Origin: Nitrospinales bacterium
GTDB lineage: Bacteria > Nitrospinota > Nitrospinia > Nitrospinales > VA-1
NCBI GenBank assembly: GCA_965223795.1
Contig: CBDCXL010000002.1
Coordinates: 160,001-224,000 of the forward strand
Direction of reading: 5' to 3'
DNA length: 64,000 bases
The position numbers were made by a program, and so were the translations under genes. Each line of letters starts with the position of its first letter. Within the stretch, counting starts at the first letter, position 1. Positions 20,264 through 30,497 of this stretch are shown here, piece after piece. The notes beneath the pieces were generated by a model. The model saw only the letters and a list, made by a program, of their open reading frames with translations. It did no database searches and was not told where the DNA came from.

Positions 20264-21288
20264 AGACGCCCCCCTTGCCCAACACAACGCTGCACCCCAG
20301 ACGCTACGCCGTCCTGATCGCGCTGTTCTTCCTGTTGTTCGTGGCGACGCTGGCGGTGACGCCGCTGATCGGCTCCACGTCCATCGATCTCGGCAAGGCC
20401 TTGTCGCGCGACATTCCGTTTGAAGACAACGTGGACGCCAACATCCTGTTCCTGGCGCGCCTGCCGCGGATTTTTCTGGGCGCGGTGACCGGCGCGGCGC
20501 TGTCCGTGGCCGGGGCGGTGTTCCAGGCACTCTTGCGCAACGATCTGGCGGCGCCGTTCACGCTGGGCGTTTCCAGCGGCGCGGCACTGGGGGCGGTGAT
20601 CGCCATCACGCTGGGACTGGAAGGCCACTTTCTCGGATTTTCATTGCTGCCGGTGACGGCGTTTCTCGGCGCTCTGGGCGCGATCTTCCTGGTGTTCGGG
20701 CTGGCCAAAAGCCGCGGGCGGGAGTTTTCCACTTCCACGCTGCTGCTCGCGGGGGTGACGGCGAATTTCTTTTTCGCGGCTCTCGTGATGTTCATCCATT
20801 ACCTGGCCGATTTCACGCAGTCGTTTCTCATCATCCGCTGGCTGATGGGCGGCCTCGACATCACCAGCTACCAGACGGTGGGCTCGATCCTGCCGCCGGT
20901 GCTATTGGGCATCGCGGTGCTGATTTATCTCGCCCGCAGCATGAACCTGATCAGCGCCGGCGACCAATCGGCGGCGAGCCGCGGCGTCGAGGTGTCGCGC
21001 ACGCAGATCGTCTGCTTCGTCACCGCGTCGCTGATCACCGGATCGGTGGTGGCGATCAGCGGGCCGATCGGGTTCGTGGGGCTGATCGTGCCACACATCG
21101 TGCGCCTTCTGGTCGGACCGGATCTCAGGCTGTTGATCCCGGCGTCGATGTTCTTCGGCGCGAGTTTTCTCATCCTGTGCGACACGGTGGCGCGCACGCT
21201 GCTGGCGCCGACGGAGATCCCGGTGGGCATCATCACGGCGCTGATCGGCGGCCCGTTCTTCGTTTGGCTGCTCAAACGCCAGCGTTGA
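20260..21288 (+). CDS. btuC: Cobalamin ABC permease (FecCD/BtuC family)
   Basis: RLPR, Q.LLRN.LA.PFTLGVSSGA, GPIGFVGLIVPH, EIPVG...GGPFF. Confidence 0.87.
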   Translation: MKTPPLPNTTLHPRRYAVLIALFFLLFVATLAVTPLIGSTSIDLGKALSRDIPFEDNVDANILFLARLPRIFLGAVTGAALSVAGAVFQALLRNDLAAPFTLGVSSGAALGAVIAITLGLEGHFLGFSLLPVTAFLGALGAIFLVFGLAKSRGREFSTSTLLLAGVTANFFFAALVMFIHYLADFTQSFLIIRWLMGGLDITSYQTVGSILPPVLLGIAVLIYLARSMNLISAGDQSAASRGVEVSRTQIVCFVTASLITGSVVAISGPIGFVGLIVPHIVRLLVGPDLRLLIPASMFFGASFLILCDTVARTLLAPTEIPVGIITALIGGPFFVWLLKRQR

Positions 21289-21298
21289 GGAAAACGAT

Positions 21299-22807
21299 AT
21301 GGCGGCAAAAGCACTCATGATTCAGGGAACCGGTTCCGGCGTCGGCAAGAGCATCCTCACGGCGGGGCTGTGCCGCTACTTCCACAAGCAGGGCATGAAG
21401 GTCGCGCCGTTCAAGGCACAGAACATGTCGCTCAATTCTTTCGTCTGCGAAGACGGCGGCGAGCTGGGGCGCGCGCAGGCGTATCAGGCGGAAGCCTGCG
21501 GGCTGAAGCCGCAGGTTGAGATGAACCCCATCCTGCTCAAGCCGACGGCCGACAACCGCTCGCAGGTTATCGTCATGGGAAGCGTGACGGAGAACCGCGA
21601 CGCCAAGGATTACTACGCCCGGCACCGCGAGCACCGTGAAATCGTGCGGCGGGCGTATGACGAGTTGCGCGGCCGCTTCGAGCTGATCGTGCTGGAAGGG
21701 GCCGGAAGCCCGGCGGAAATCAACCTCAGGCAATGGGATCTGGTCAACATGGCGATGGCGGAATACGCGCAGGCGCCGGTGCTCATCGTGGGGGACATCG
21801 ACAAAGGCGGCGTGTTCGCCTGGATGAAAGGCACGCTCGATCTTCTGACACCAAAAGAGCAGGACCGCGTCGCCGGATTTCTCGTCAACAAATTCCGCGG
21901 CGATCTCGAACTGCTCAAGCCGGGGCTTACCCAGTTCGAGTCGCTGACGGGAAAACCCATTCTCGGCGTGTTGCCCTTCGTGCGCGACCTGCTGATCGAC
22001 GAGGAGGACGCGATCCCCGCCTGGCAGCACAGGGCGGCGGCGAACGGCGTGCCGCATCTCGATGTGGCGGTGATCTGGTACCCGCGCATTTCCAATTTCA
22101 CCGACCTTTCGCCGCTGGCGGCGGACCCCAACGTGTCGCTGCGCTACGTGGCGCAGGCGAACCGGCTGGGGAACCCGGACTGCATCGTGCTCCCGGGCAG
22201 CAAGAACACGCTGGACGACCTCGCCTATCTAGTGGACCAGGGGCTGGACCGCGCCATCGTGCGCGCGGCCGAATCGGGAACGTCTGTGCTGGGAATCTGC
22301 GGTGGATTTCAGATGATGGGCAGGCAGGTCCACGACCCGCACGGCGTGGAAAGCGCGCGCGGAGAGATGAAAGGACTGGGTCTGTTCGACTGCGTCACCA
22401 CGCTGCGGCGTGACAAGACCACGCGCCCGGTGACGCGGACTGCGGTTGCGAATCCGGTGCTGCCGGAAGGCGTGCGGCTTACGGGTTATGAGATCCATAT
22501 GGGGGAGACGGTGTTCGGCACGGACTCCCCTGCCCTCTTCAATCCGGTCGACGGCGAAGACCCGCGCCCGCTGGGCGTCACGGACGTGGATGGCGCGCGA
22601 GTCGGAACCTACGCACACGGTTTTCTGGATGACGACGGGCTGCGCAACGCCTATCTCGCGGGAGTGCGCCGGCGGCGCGGTCTTGCGGAGCCCCAAACGC
22701 CCTTCGACTACCGCGCGTTTCGGGAAGAACAGCTCGACAGGCTGGCGCGGCTGGTCGAGGAATCCATCGACATGGAGCGGTTGCATGCGATCGTGTTCGA
22801 AAAATGA
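21299..22807 (+). CDS. cobQ: Cobyric acid synthase
   Basis: MIQGTGSGVGKS, PFKAQNMS, EGAGSPAEINL, GICGGFQM, GYEIH, GTYAHG. Confidence 0.95.
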   Translation: MAAKALMIQGTGSGVGKSILTAGLCRYFHKQGMKVAPFKAQNMSLNSFVCEDGGELGRAQAYQAEACGLKPQVEMNPILLKPTADNRSQVIVMGSVTENRDAKDYYARHREHREIVRRAYDELRGRFELIVLEGAGSPAEINLRQWDLVNMAMAEYAQAPVLIVGDIDKGGVFAWMKGTLDLLTPKEQDRVAGFLVNKFRGDLELLKPGLTQFESLTGKPILGVLPFVRDLLIDEEDAIPAWQHRAAANGVPHLDVAVIWYPRISNFTDLSPLAADPNVSLRYVAQANRLGNPDCIVLPGSKNTLDDLAYLVDQGLDRAIVRAAESGTSVLGICGGFQMMGRQVHDPHGVESARGEMKGLGLFDCVTTLRRDKTTRPVTRTAVANPVLPEGVRLTGYEIHMGETVFGTDSPALFNPVDGEDPRPLGVTDVDGARVGTYAHGFLDDDGLRNAYLAGVRRRRGLAEPQTPFDYRAFREEQLDRLARLVEESIDMERLHAIVFEK

Positions 22808-23538
22808 AAAGCTTTTTTTCCGCGCTCGGTTTTCTGACCGTGCTGCCTGTTCCGCGCGTGGAACCCGGTGGCAGGCCGGTTCTGTATTTCCCGGCCGTGG
22901 GCCTTCTGATCGGCGTCCTGTTCTGGGGCGTGGACGCGCTGGGTGCGCGCTATGCGCCTGCGGAAGTACGGGCGCTGTGCGACGTTGTCTTTCTGGCCGT
23001 GATTTCCGGGGCGCTGCACCTGGACGGTCTGGCCGACAGCGCCGACGGTCTGTTTTCCCACAGGAATCGCGAGGAGGTGCTGCGCATCATGAAGGATCCG
23101 CACGTCGGCGTCATGGGCATGCTCGCGGTGCTGTTCTGCCTGGGGCTCAAATGGACAGCGCTCGTGAATCTCAACGCGCCGCATCCCGTCTGGCTGGTGG
23201 CTGCGCCGGCGCTGGCGCGTTCGGCGCAGGCCGTCGCGCTGGTGAGTCTGGATTACGCAGGCAAGACGGATTCGCATTCGCAGCCCTGGTTTCAGAAAAA
23301 ACGTTATTCCCTGCTGACCGGCATCGCGGTTCCAGTGGCACTGCCGTTTGCGACCGGCATGGCGGCGGGATTCACGACGCTGGCCGGCTTCGTGCTCGTC
23401 ACGACGTTGCTGCTTTTTTATTTTCACCGGCGGCTGGGCGGCATGACCGGAGACACGGTGGGAGCCCTGTCGGAGTGCGTGGAGACGGCGGTCCTCGTGC
23501 TTGCGGCCTGCGTCACGTTCAATGGGGCCGGTGCGTGA
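22804..23538 (+). CDS. cobS: Adenosylcobinamide-GDP ribazoletransferase
   Basis: GALHLDGLADSADG, IMKDPHVG, GGMTGDTVGA. Confidence 0.93.
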   Translation: MKSFFSALGFLTVLPVPRVEPGGRPVLYFPAVGLLIGVLFWGVDALGARYAPAEVRALCDVVFLAVISGALHLDGLADSADGLFSHRNREEVLRIMKDPHVGVMGMLAVLFCLGLKWTALVNLNAPHPVWLVAAPALARSAQAVALVSLDYAGKTDSHSQPWFQKKRYSLLTGIAVPVALPFATGMAAGFTTLAGFVLVTTLLLFYFHRRLGGMTGDTVGALSECVETAVLVLAACVTFNGAGA

Positions 23539-23565
23539 ATATATCCATAAAACTTCAGGTGAATC

Positions 23566-24819
23566 ATGAGTGCTAAAAACATCCTCATCACAGGCGGCAC
23601 GCGCAGCGGCAAGAGCCGGCACGCGCTCGCGCTCGCCGAGAGCCTTGCCGGTAAAAAAGTGTTTCTCGCCACGGCGGAACCGCTGGACGAGGAAATGGCC
23701 GAGCGCATCGCCCGGCACAAACAGGAACGCGGCCCGGACTGGGAGACGCTGGAGGAACCGCTGGACCCGGCCGCTCAAATCGAGCAAGCGGACGCCGGTG
23801 TGCTGATCCTCGACTGCCTGACATTGTGGATCAGCAACCTGATGATGCAGGACCGGGAACGGGAGTCGATCCTCCATGCCGTTGAGGGCCTGATCGCAGA
23901 AAGCGCGCGCCGGAAACGCACGCTCATCGTCATCACCAACGAAGTGGGAGCGGGCATCGTGCCCGACAACGCGCTCAGCCGCCGCTTCCGCGACATCGCG
24001 GGAGAAGCGAACCAGCGCATCGCCGCCGCTTTCGACGAGGTGGTGCACATGGTTTCGGGAATTCCGGTGACGATCAAGCAGGCGGGAAGCAACACTCTGG
24101 CGGAGACATTCGATCCGGAACACCCGCACGCGTTCCCGCCGAAACTCAAACAGGGCTGCTACGAAGCCATCTACAAGCGCCGGGACATGCGGCACTTTCT
24201 GCCCCGGCCGGTGGACGCGGATGTGCTGGGGCGGATTCTCGACGCGGCGCACCACGCGGGATCGGTGGGCTACATGCAGCCGTGGAATTTCCTCGTGATC
24301 GACGATGTGGCGACGCGCAAAAAAATCGCGGCCAACTTCGAAGCGGCGAGCGCCGAGGCGGCGGAAAAATTTGAGGGCGGCCGCAAGGCGCTGTACGAAA
24401 GCCTCAAGCTGGAAGGCATTCTGGAAGCGCCGCTCAACATCTGCGTCACCTGCGACCGCACGCGGCTCGGCCCCAACGTGCTCGGGCGGGACAGCGTGCG
24501 CGAGACCGACCTGTTCAGCACCTGCTGCGCGGTGCAGAACCTGTGGCTGGCGGCGCGGGCGGAAGGGCTTGCGGTGGGCTGGGTCAGCATCCTGTCGATG
24601 GAGCAGCTCAAACGGGATCTGAACATTCCCGAGCACGTGTTTCCGGTGGCCTACCTGTGCCTGGGCCACACCGAGGAATTTTATGAAAAACCGATGCTGG
24701 AGAGCAAGGGCTGGGAAAAGCGCCTGCCGCTGGAACGGTTGATCTATTACAACCAATGGGAGGGAACGCCGGGCGCGTTTCGCGTGGCGCTTCCGCAAAC
24801 CGGGGGAGAACGCGCATGA
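23566..24819 (+). CDS. cobU-bluB: CobU (cobinamide kinase/guanylyltransferase) fused to BluB (DMB synthase)
   Basis: N-half GGTRSGKS, RIARH..ER, DCLTLW, NEVGAGIVP, FRD..G..NQ. C-half IYKRRDMRHF, AGSVGYMQPW, LKLEGI.EAP, AVQNLWLAARAEGL.VGWVSI. One continuous ORF. Confidence 0.88.
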   Translation: MSAKNILITGGTRSGKSRHALALAESLAGKKVFLATAEPLDEEMAERIARHKQERGPDWETLEEPLDPAAQIEQADAGVLILDCLTLWISNLMMQDRERESILHAVEGLIAESARRKRTLIVITNEVGAGIVPDNALSRRFRDIAGEANQRIAAAFDEVVHMVSGIPVTIKQAGSNTLAETFDPEHPHAFPPKLKQGCYEAIYKRRDMRHFLPRPVDADVLGRILDAAHHAGSVGYMQPWNFLVIDDVATRKKIAANFEAASAEAAEKFEGGRKALYESLKLEGILEAPLNICVTCDRTRLGPNVLGRDSVRETDLFSTCCAVQNLWLAARAEGLAVGWVSILSMEQLKRDLNIPEHVFPVAYLCLGHTEEFYEKPMLESKGWEKRLPLERLIYYNQWEGTPGAFRVALPQTGGERA

Positions 24820-26021
24820 CGCTTTCGCGAACGAATCCCGCTTTGCTGGAGCGCGCCGCGCACGGGGGCAACCGGGCGGCCTGGGAGGCAGCGCTGGGCC
24901 TTGAGAATGGAACGCTGATCGATTTCAGCGCCAGCCTCAACCCGTTCGGCCCGCCTGCCTGCGTCGGACCGCTGGTGCGGGAGTTCAGCCAACGTTTAAA
25001 TGCGTATCCCGAACCGGACTGTAAAGCCTTGAAGCAACATCTTGCCGCAGCACTGGATGTGGACATAACGTCGCTGCTGCCGGTCAACGGTTCCACGGAA
25101 CTGATCTACCTGCTGCCCCGGCTGTTGCCGCCGGGCCGTGAGGCGCTGCTGATCGCACCGTGCTTCTCGGAATACGCACGGGCGTTCAATGCAACAGGCG
25201 TGGGGGTGAACGTGCATCAACTCGACCCTAATGATGGATTTCAACTCAACGCGAACGCCCTGCTTGCCCGCATGCAGCGCATGCCCGATCCGGGTGCCCT
25301 GGTTCTTGGCCATCCGGCGAGCCCCAACGGCAGGCGGTGCGAGCGCGACACCCTGCTCGCCCTGCTGGATCAATGCGAACGCCGGTCGATCCTCCTCATC
25401 GTGGATGAGGCCTTCATCGATTTCGCGTCACCGGGTGCGTCTCTGATCGACCGTATTCCCGCATCGCGCAGCCTGATCCTGGTGCGGTCGATGACCAAAT
25501 TCTACGCGATCGCCGGGCTGCGCCTCGGATACGGCATCGCCCATCCGGACACGATCTCCCGGCTGAACGCCGTCCTGCCGCCCTGGTCGGTGAACGCGCT
25601 GGCGCAGGCGGTGGGCTCGGCGGTGCTTGGGGATACGGATTTCCCGGATCGCACCCGGCGGCGAATCCGCACGGAGCGGGAATATTTATATGGAAGCCTC
25701 AGCGCAATGCCAGACATCCAGGTGTTCGCTTCGGACGCCAATTTTCTTCTGTTTCGGCTTGAGGGCAACCGGCGGGACGGACGCGGCTTTTTCCAGTCGC
25801 TCTTGCGCCAGGGCCTGCTGGTTCGTCACTGCGGCAACTTCGACGGGCTGGACGAACGCTATTTCCGCGTCGCGGTGCGGACGCGTGCGGACAACGAACG
25901 CCTGATCGCGGCTGTCCGTTCCCTAATCTGCGGCAATCCCGATTCCTCCCCGCATTCTCACGCTGAGCAAACAGCACAACACCCGTGCGTGGCAATGGGG
26001 ACGATGGGCGCGGAGGATTGA
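24816..26021 (+). CDS. cobD: L-threonine-O-3-phosphate decarboxylase
   Basis: HGGN, DFSASLNPFG, NGSTELI, VDEAFIDF, RSMTKFYAIAGLRLGY. Confidence 0.9.
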   Translation: MTLSRTNPALLERAAHGGNRAAWEAALGLENGTLIDFSASLNPFGPPACVGPLVREFSQRLNAYPEPDCKALKQHLAAALDVDITSLLPVNGSTELIYLLPRLLPPGREALLIAPCFSEYARAFNATGVGVNVHQLDPNDGFQLNANALLARMQRMPDPGALVLGHPASPNGRRCERDTLLALLDQCERRSILLIVDEAFIDFASPGASLIDRIPASRSLILVRSMTKFYAIAGLRLGYGIAHPDTISRLNAVLPPWSVNALAQAVGSAVLGDTDFPDRTRRRIRTEREYLYGSLSAMPDIQVFASDANFLLFRLEGNRRDGRGFFQSLLRQGLLVRHCGNFDGLDERYFRVAVRTRADNERLIAAVRSLICGNPDSSPHSHAEQTAQHPCVAMGTMGAED

Positions 26022-26026
26022 ACGAC

Positions 26027-26977
26027 ATGGATCTTTCGCTGCAGATACTGATCGCGTTTGCCCTGGATCTTGTGATCGGCGATCCCAAAGGCTGGCCGCA
26101 TCCGGTGCGCTGGATCGGCAAGACCGCTTCGCGGTTGGAATCTGCAACGCGCAAACGGTTCGCCGACCCGTTTGCCGCGGGGACGGTCACCGCGGTGGGG
26201 ATGATCGCAGGCACGTTCGCGACCGTCTGGGCGCTGCTTGCGATGTTGGGCGCATTGCATCCCTGGGCGGAGACGCTGGCCTCGATCTATTGCATCTACA
26301 CGGCGCTTTCGGTGCGCAGCCTGTTCGATGAAAGCCGTCCGGTCAGGCAGCATCTGGAACGCGGCGGCGTGACGGAGGCGCGGCAAAGCCTGGCGCACAT
26401 CGTCGGCCGGGACACCGAGTCCCTGGATCAAAGGGGAATCGTGCGCGCAACCGTGGAAACGATTTCGGAGAACACGGTGGACGGCATCGTCGCACCGCTG
26501 TTTTACGCCTGTCTGGGAGGCGCTCCCCTGGCCCTGGCCTACAAGGCGGTCAACACGCTGGACTCGATGTTCGGGTACAAGAACGAGAAGTACTTGCGAT
26601 TCGGCAAAGCGGCGGCGCGGATCGACGATGCGGCGAACTGGATTCCCGCCCGGCTGGCGGCGCCGATCATGACGTTGGGCGCGGCGTTGTGCGGGAAAAA
26701 CGCGCTGCGCGCCTGCAAGACCGTGCTTCGCGACGGCTCCAGGCACGCCAGCCCCAACGCCGGCATTCCCGAAGCGGCGGTGGCCGGGGCGCTGGGAATC
26801 CGCCTGGGAGGCAGCGCTTTCTACGGCGGCGAGAAAATGGACAAGCCGTGGATCGGCGGCCGACACAAGGAAATCGAGATCGGCGACATCACATCCGCGC
26901 ATCAGATCATGGGTGCGGCGTCGCTGGTGACGGTGCTGTTGTTCACGTCATGCAGAAACTGGATGTTGAATCTTTAG
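26027..26977 (+). CDS. cbiB: Adenosylcobinamide-phosphate synthase
   Basis: GDP...PHPV, VGRDT, EN.VDG.VAP, YKAVNTLDSM.GY, H.SPNAG.PEA. Confidence 0.93.
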   Translation: MDLSLQILIAFALDLVIGDPKGWPHPVRWIGKTASRLESATRKRFADPFAAGTVTAVGMIAGTFATVWALLAMLGALHPWAETLASIYCIYTALSVRSLFDESRPVRQHLERGGVTEARQSLAHIVGRDTESLDQRGIVRATVETISENTVDGIVAPLFYACLGGAPLALAYKAVNTLDSMFGYKNEKYLRFGKAAARIDDAANWIPARLAAPIMTLGAALCGKNALRACKTVLRDGSRHASPNAGIPEAAVAGALGIRLGGSAFYGGEKMDKPWIGGRHKEIEIGDITSAHQIMGAASLVTVLLFTSCRNWMLNL

Positions 26978-27072
26978 TTTTCAACTAGGAGGGTTTATCG
27001 AAATTATTTGAGCAAGTGAACAAAGCGAAATTCCCTTGGAGGAGGGAATTTTGAGAAATACATTGATAGCTG

Positions 27073-27212
27073 TTCCGGTAAAGGGAAGCCCGGTGCGAAT
27101 CCGGCACTGTCCCGCAACTGTGTGAGGAACGAACGCCGCAAGGGTGCCACTGTCCTTTGGGATGGGAAGGCGCGGCCAGTAGACCGCCTCAAGTCAGGAA
27201 ACCTGACCGGAA
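27073..27212 (+). ncRNA. Cobalamin riboswitch 2
   Basis: AAAGGGAAgccCGGTGcgAATCCGgcACTGTCCCGCAACTGT, GCCACTG...GGGAAGGC, AGTCAGGAAACCTG; closing stem TTCCGGT/ACCGGAA; upstream of btuB. Confidence 0.95.
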
Positions 27213-27249
27213 TAAAATTCCATCATCCTTCGAGAGAAAGGGTTGACGA

Positions 27250-29094
27250 ATGCCTCGCATTGCTGAATTTTCTATTTTCGTATTGATGATCTCAATGGCA
27301 ACGACACACACACCGTCCCAGGCGGCCGATGACACGATCGACCTGCAACCCATCCAGGTGAAGTCGCGGCGGTCCCTCATCCCGATTGTGGACAACCCCT
27401 CTTCGGTGACCGTGATCCGTGAAGAGGAAATCAAAAAGCAGAAACAGTTACAGGTTGAAGACCTGCTGCGGGGCGAGCTGGGCCTGGACGTGGTGCAGAA
27501 CGGTCCGCTGGGAGCAAACGCCTCTGTCTTCATGCGCGGAGGCGGCTCCGGCTCGACGCTGGTCATGGTGGACGGCATTCAGGTCAACTCCAACACCTCG
27601 GGATCGTTCAATTTCGCCAACCTCACGGCTGAAAACATCCAGCAGATCGAAGTTCTGAGAGGACCGCAGAGCATATTCTGGGGCGCCGACGCAGTGGGCG
27701 GCGTGATCAACATCGTCACCAAGCGCGGCGAGGGACCGCCCAGGCACTCGTTGTCGTTCGAAGGCGGCAGCTTCGCCACATTCCGTGAATCCCTGCAAAG
27801 CTCCGGCGCGCTGAACAAATTCGATTATTCGGTTTCCGTATCCCGGACCGACAGCGACGGATTCTCATCCGCCAATGAAGACCGCGGCAACACGGAAGAA
27901 GACGGCTATGAGAACACCAGCGTTTCCACGCGCCTGGGCTACGCCGTCACCGACAACAGCCGGGTGGAACTGATCGGCCGCTACATCCGTTCGATCACGC
28001 AGTTCGACGCGTTCAGTTTTGCCACGGGGCTACCCACGGACGGCAACAACGGCAACAAGTCCAACGCCTACTACTTCGCGCTGCCCATCTCAAAAACCTT
28101 CGCCGACTGGTGGACTGTGACTCTCACCCCCAACATCGCCTATGAAGATACGTTCAGTTTCGACCCTTCATTCAACAACACGCACCTGATCAACCGGACC
28201 TACACAGGCGACCTGCAGAACAACCTCCAGTTCGGCAAGAACTATTCAATCCTGTTCGGCGGCGAGTACCAGGTGCAGAACGGCGTCAACCAGGAAAGCA
28301 GCCTCAAGAGCACGATCTACAACCAGGGTTATTTTTTCCAGGGCATCGCCCAGGTGCTGGAACGGGTGACGCTCACCGGCGGGTTCCGGCACGACATCAA
28401 TTCCGTGTTCGAGGACAAAACCACCTACCGCTTCGAGGGAAATTATGATCATAGCGAAACCGGCACCCGTCTGCGCGCGGCCTACGCAACGGGGTTTCGC
28501 GCGCCCACGATCAACGATCTGTTCTTCCCCGGTTTCGGCAACCCCAACCTGAAACCGGAAGAGGTCAAAAGCTGGGAAGTGGGTGTCGACCAGTCCCTCT
28601 ATGACGGACGGATGAAGGTGGGCGTGACGTATTTCGATTCGGATTTCACCAACCTGATCCAGTTCAACAGCGTGACCAGCGCGGTGGAGAACGTCGGCAA
28701 GGCGGACTCGCGCGGCCTGGAAACGGAAATTCTTTTTCAGGTGACGTCCAACCTGGATGTTTCCGTCAAGCACACCTGGAACGAAACGTTCGATGAAAAC
28801 GATTCTCCGCTCAGGCGGCGCGCCAAGCACAAGCTCACGGCAAGCGCGTCTCACAACTGGCGGGACAAACTGCAATCGCTGGTGAGTCTGTATGCCAAAT
28901 CGGGCATCCGCGACGGCCGGTTCAACACGGAGGGCTTCGTCACGCTGCGCGCGGTGCTGAACTACGCGCTCACCAAACAACTGAAGCTCACGTTGCGGGG
29001 AGAGAATCTTCTGGATAATGATTATGAGGAAGTCCCCGGTTTCGGCACGCCGGGCATCTCCGGATACGCCGGGTTTGTGTTCAACTTCAATTGA
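27250..29094 (+). CDS. btuB: TonB-dependent cobalamin receptor
   Basis: Signal peptide, plug motifs (LVMVDG, IEVLRGPQS..WG.DAVGGVINI), GFRAP...L, NPNLKPE, ENLLD..YE; directly under a B12 riboswitch. Confidence 0.9.
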   Translation: MPRIAEFSIFVLMISMATTHTPSQAADDTIDLQPIQVKSRRSLIPIVDNPSSVTVIREEEIKKQKQLQVEDLLRGELGLDVVQNGPLGANASVFMRGGGSGSTLVMVDGIQVNSNTSGSFNFANLTAENIQQIEVLRGPQSIFWGADAVGGVINIVTKRGEGPPRHSLSFEGGSFATFRESLQSSGALNKFDYSVSVSRTDSDGFSSANEDRGNTEEDGYENTSVSTRLGYAVTDNSRVELIGRYIRSITQFDAFSFATGLPTDGNNGNKSNAYYFALPISKTFADWWTVTLTPNIAYEDTFSFDPSFNNTHLINRTYTGDLQNNLQFGKNYSILFGGEYQVQNGVNQESSLKSTIYNQGYFFQGIAQVLERVTLTGGFRHDINSVFEDKTTYRFEGNYDHSETGTRLRAAYATGFRAPTINDLFFPGFGNPNLKPEEVKSWEVGVDQSLYDGRMKVGVTYFDSDFTNLIQFNSVTSAVENVGKADSRGLETEILFQVTSNLDVSVKHTWNETFDENDSPLRRRAKHKLTASASHNWRDKLQSLVSLYAKSGIRDGRFNTEGFVTLRAVLNYALTKQLKLTLRGENLLDNDYEEVPGFGTPGISGYAGFVFNFN

Positions 29095-29099
29095 GGACC

Positions 29100-30497
29100 A
29101 TGTCAACGACACGGCATTGTTCAGGCTTTGTGGTTTCGGGCACGCATTCCTCGGTGGGGAAATCGTCGGCCGCTTTCGGGCTGATGCGGCTGTTGAAACG
29201 CAAGGGCCAAGCGGTGATCCCGTTCAAGGCGGGACCGGACTACATCGATCCGGGCCACCATGAGCGGGCCTGCGGCACGCCGAGCTACAACCTCGATTCT
29301 TTCATGTGCCCGGCAAAGTACATCCGCGATCTGTTTGCCGACAGGATGTGCGGCGGCGGCGTGGCTGTGGTGGAAGGCATGATGGGCCTGTTCGACGGGG
29401 CGCACCCGAAAAAAGACCAGGGCTCGACGGCGGAAATCGCCAAGATCCTCGATCTGCCGGTGCTGCTGGTTTTCGACGGACAGGCCACCGCACGCTCGGC
29501 GGCGGCTCTGGTGGACGGGTTTTTGAATTTCGATCCCGATCTGCGGTTTCTCGGCGTGGTGGCGAACCGGGTGAACAGCGAAGGGCACGCGTCCATCTTA
29601 AAAAACGCCATCGAGCATTACACGAAGGTAAAATTTCTGGGATACCTGCCGCAAAATCCTGAACTGGCCCTGCCCAGCCGCCATCTTGGCCTGCACCAGG
29701 GCTTCGAGCAACAGGACGCGCTGTACGATCGCTGGGCGGATCACATCGAGCGGCACGTGAACGTGAAGAAGCTGCTGCAATCGCTGCCGAAACGCGCCGC
29801 AGAAACTGCGGAAACGCATCCGGCGTCCCGCTGGAAAGGGAAAAAGCGGCCGCGTCCATTCACGGCGGCGGTGGCGAAGGACGCCGCCTTTCAGTTCGTG
29901 TATGCGGACACGCTCGATCTGATCCGGCATGCGGGCGGCAGCGTGCGGACATTTTCGCCGCTCAAAGACGGTGCGCTGCCTGAGGGTTGTGACTGGGTGT
30001 ACCTTCCCGGCGGCTATCCCGAACTGCACGCCGAGGCCCTGTGCGCCAACAAGCCTCTGATCCGGCAACTGCGCCGTTTCGCTGCGGATGGCGGCGTGGT
30101 CGTCGCCGAGTGCGGCGGGCTGATGTATCTGGGGAAGTCCCTCACAACGGGGGACGGCAAGCGGCACCCGATGGCCGGCCTGTTCGATTTTTCCACCACG
30201 ATGCAAAACAAGGGCCTGACACTGGGATACCGGAAACTGAAATTCGCTCCGAATGGGACGGGCGGCAAGCCCCTCGTTCTCAAGGGGCACGAGTTTCACT
30301 TTTCTGGCATGCAGGATAACCGGGAACCCCCCATCATGATACATTCACAGAATGCGGGAAAAACTCCGGTCGTGGACGGCTTTCGCAGGGGCAACTGCTT
30401 CGCCCTTTACTCGCACCTGTATTGGGGTTCCTGCCCGGGCTGGCTGGACTACCTGTTGAACCTCGTTGCCGACGGAACACAGCGCCATGCGGTTTGA
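29100..30497 (+). CDS. cbiA: Cobyrinate a,c-diamide synthase
   Basis: SGTHSSVGKS, FKAGPDYIDP, EGMMGLFDG, SRHLGL, GGYPE, AECGGLMYL, GHEFH. Confidence 0.93.
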   Translation: MSTTRHCSGFVVSGTHSSVGKSSAAFGLMRLLKRKGQAVIPFKAGPDYIDPGHHERACGTPSYNLDSFMCPAKYIRDLFADRMCGGGVAVVEGMMGLFDGAHPKKDQGSTAEIAKILDLPVLLVFDGQATARSAAALVDGFLNFDPDLRFLGVVANRVNSEGHASILKNAIEHYTKVKFLGYLPQNPELALPSRHLGLHQGFEQQDALYDRWADHIERHVNVKKLLQSLPKRAAETAETHPASRWKGKKRPRPFTAAVAKDAAFQFVYADTLDLIRHAGGSVRTFSPLKDGALPEGCDWVYLPGGYPELHAEALCANKPLIRQLRRFAADGGVVVAECGGLMYLGKSLTTGDGKRHPMAGLFDFSTTMQNKGLTLGYRKLKFAPNGTGGKPLVLKGHEFHFSGMQDNREPPIMIHSQNAGKTPVVDGFRRGNCFALYSHLYWGSCPGWLDYLLNLVADGTQRHAV

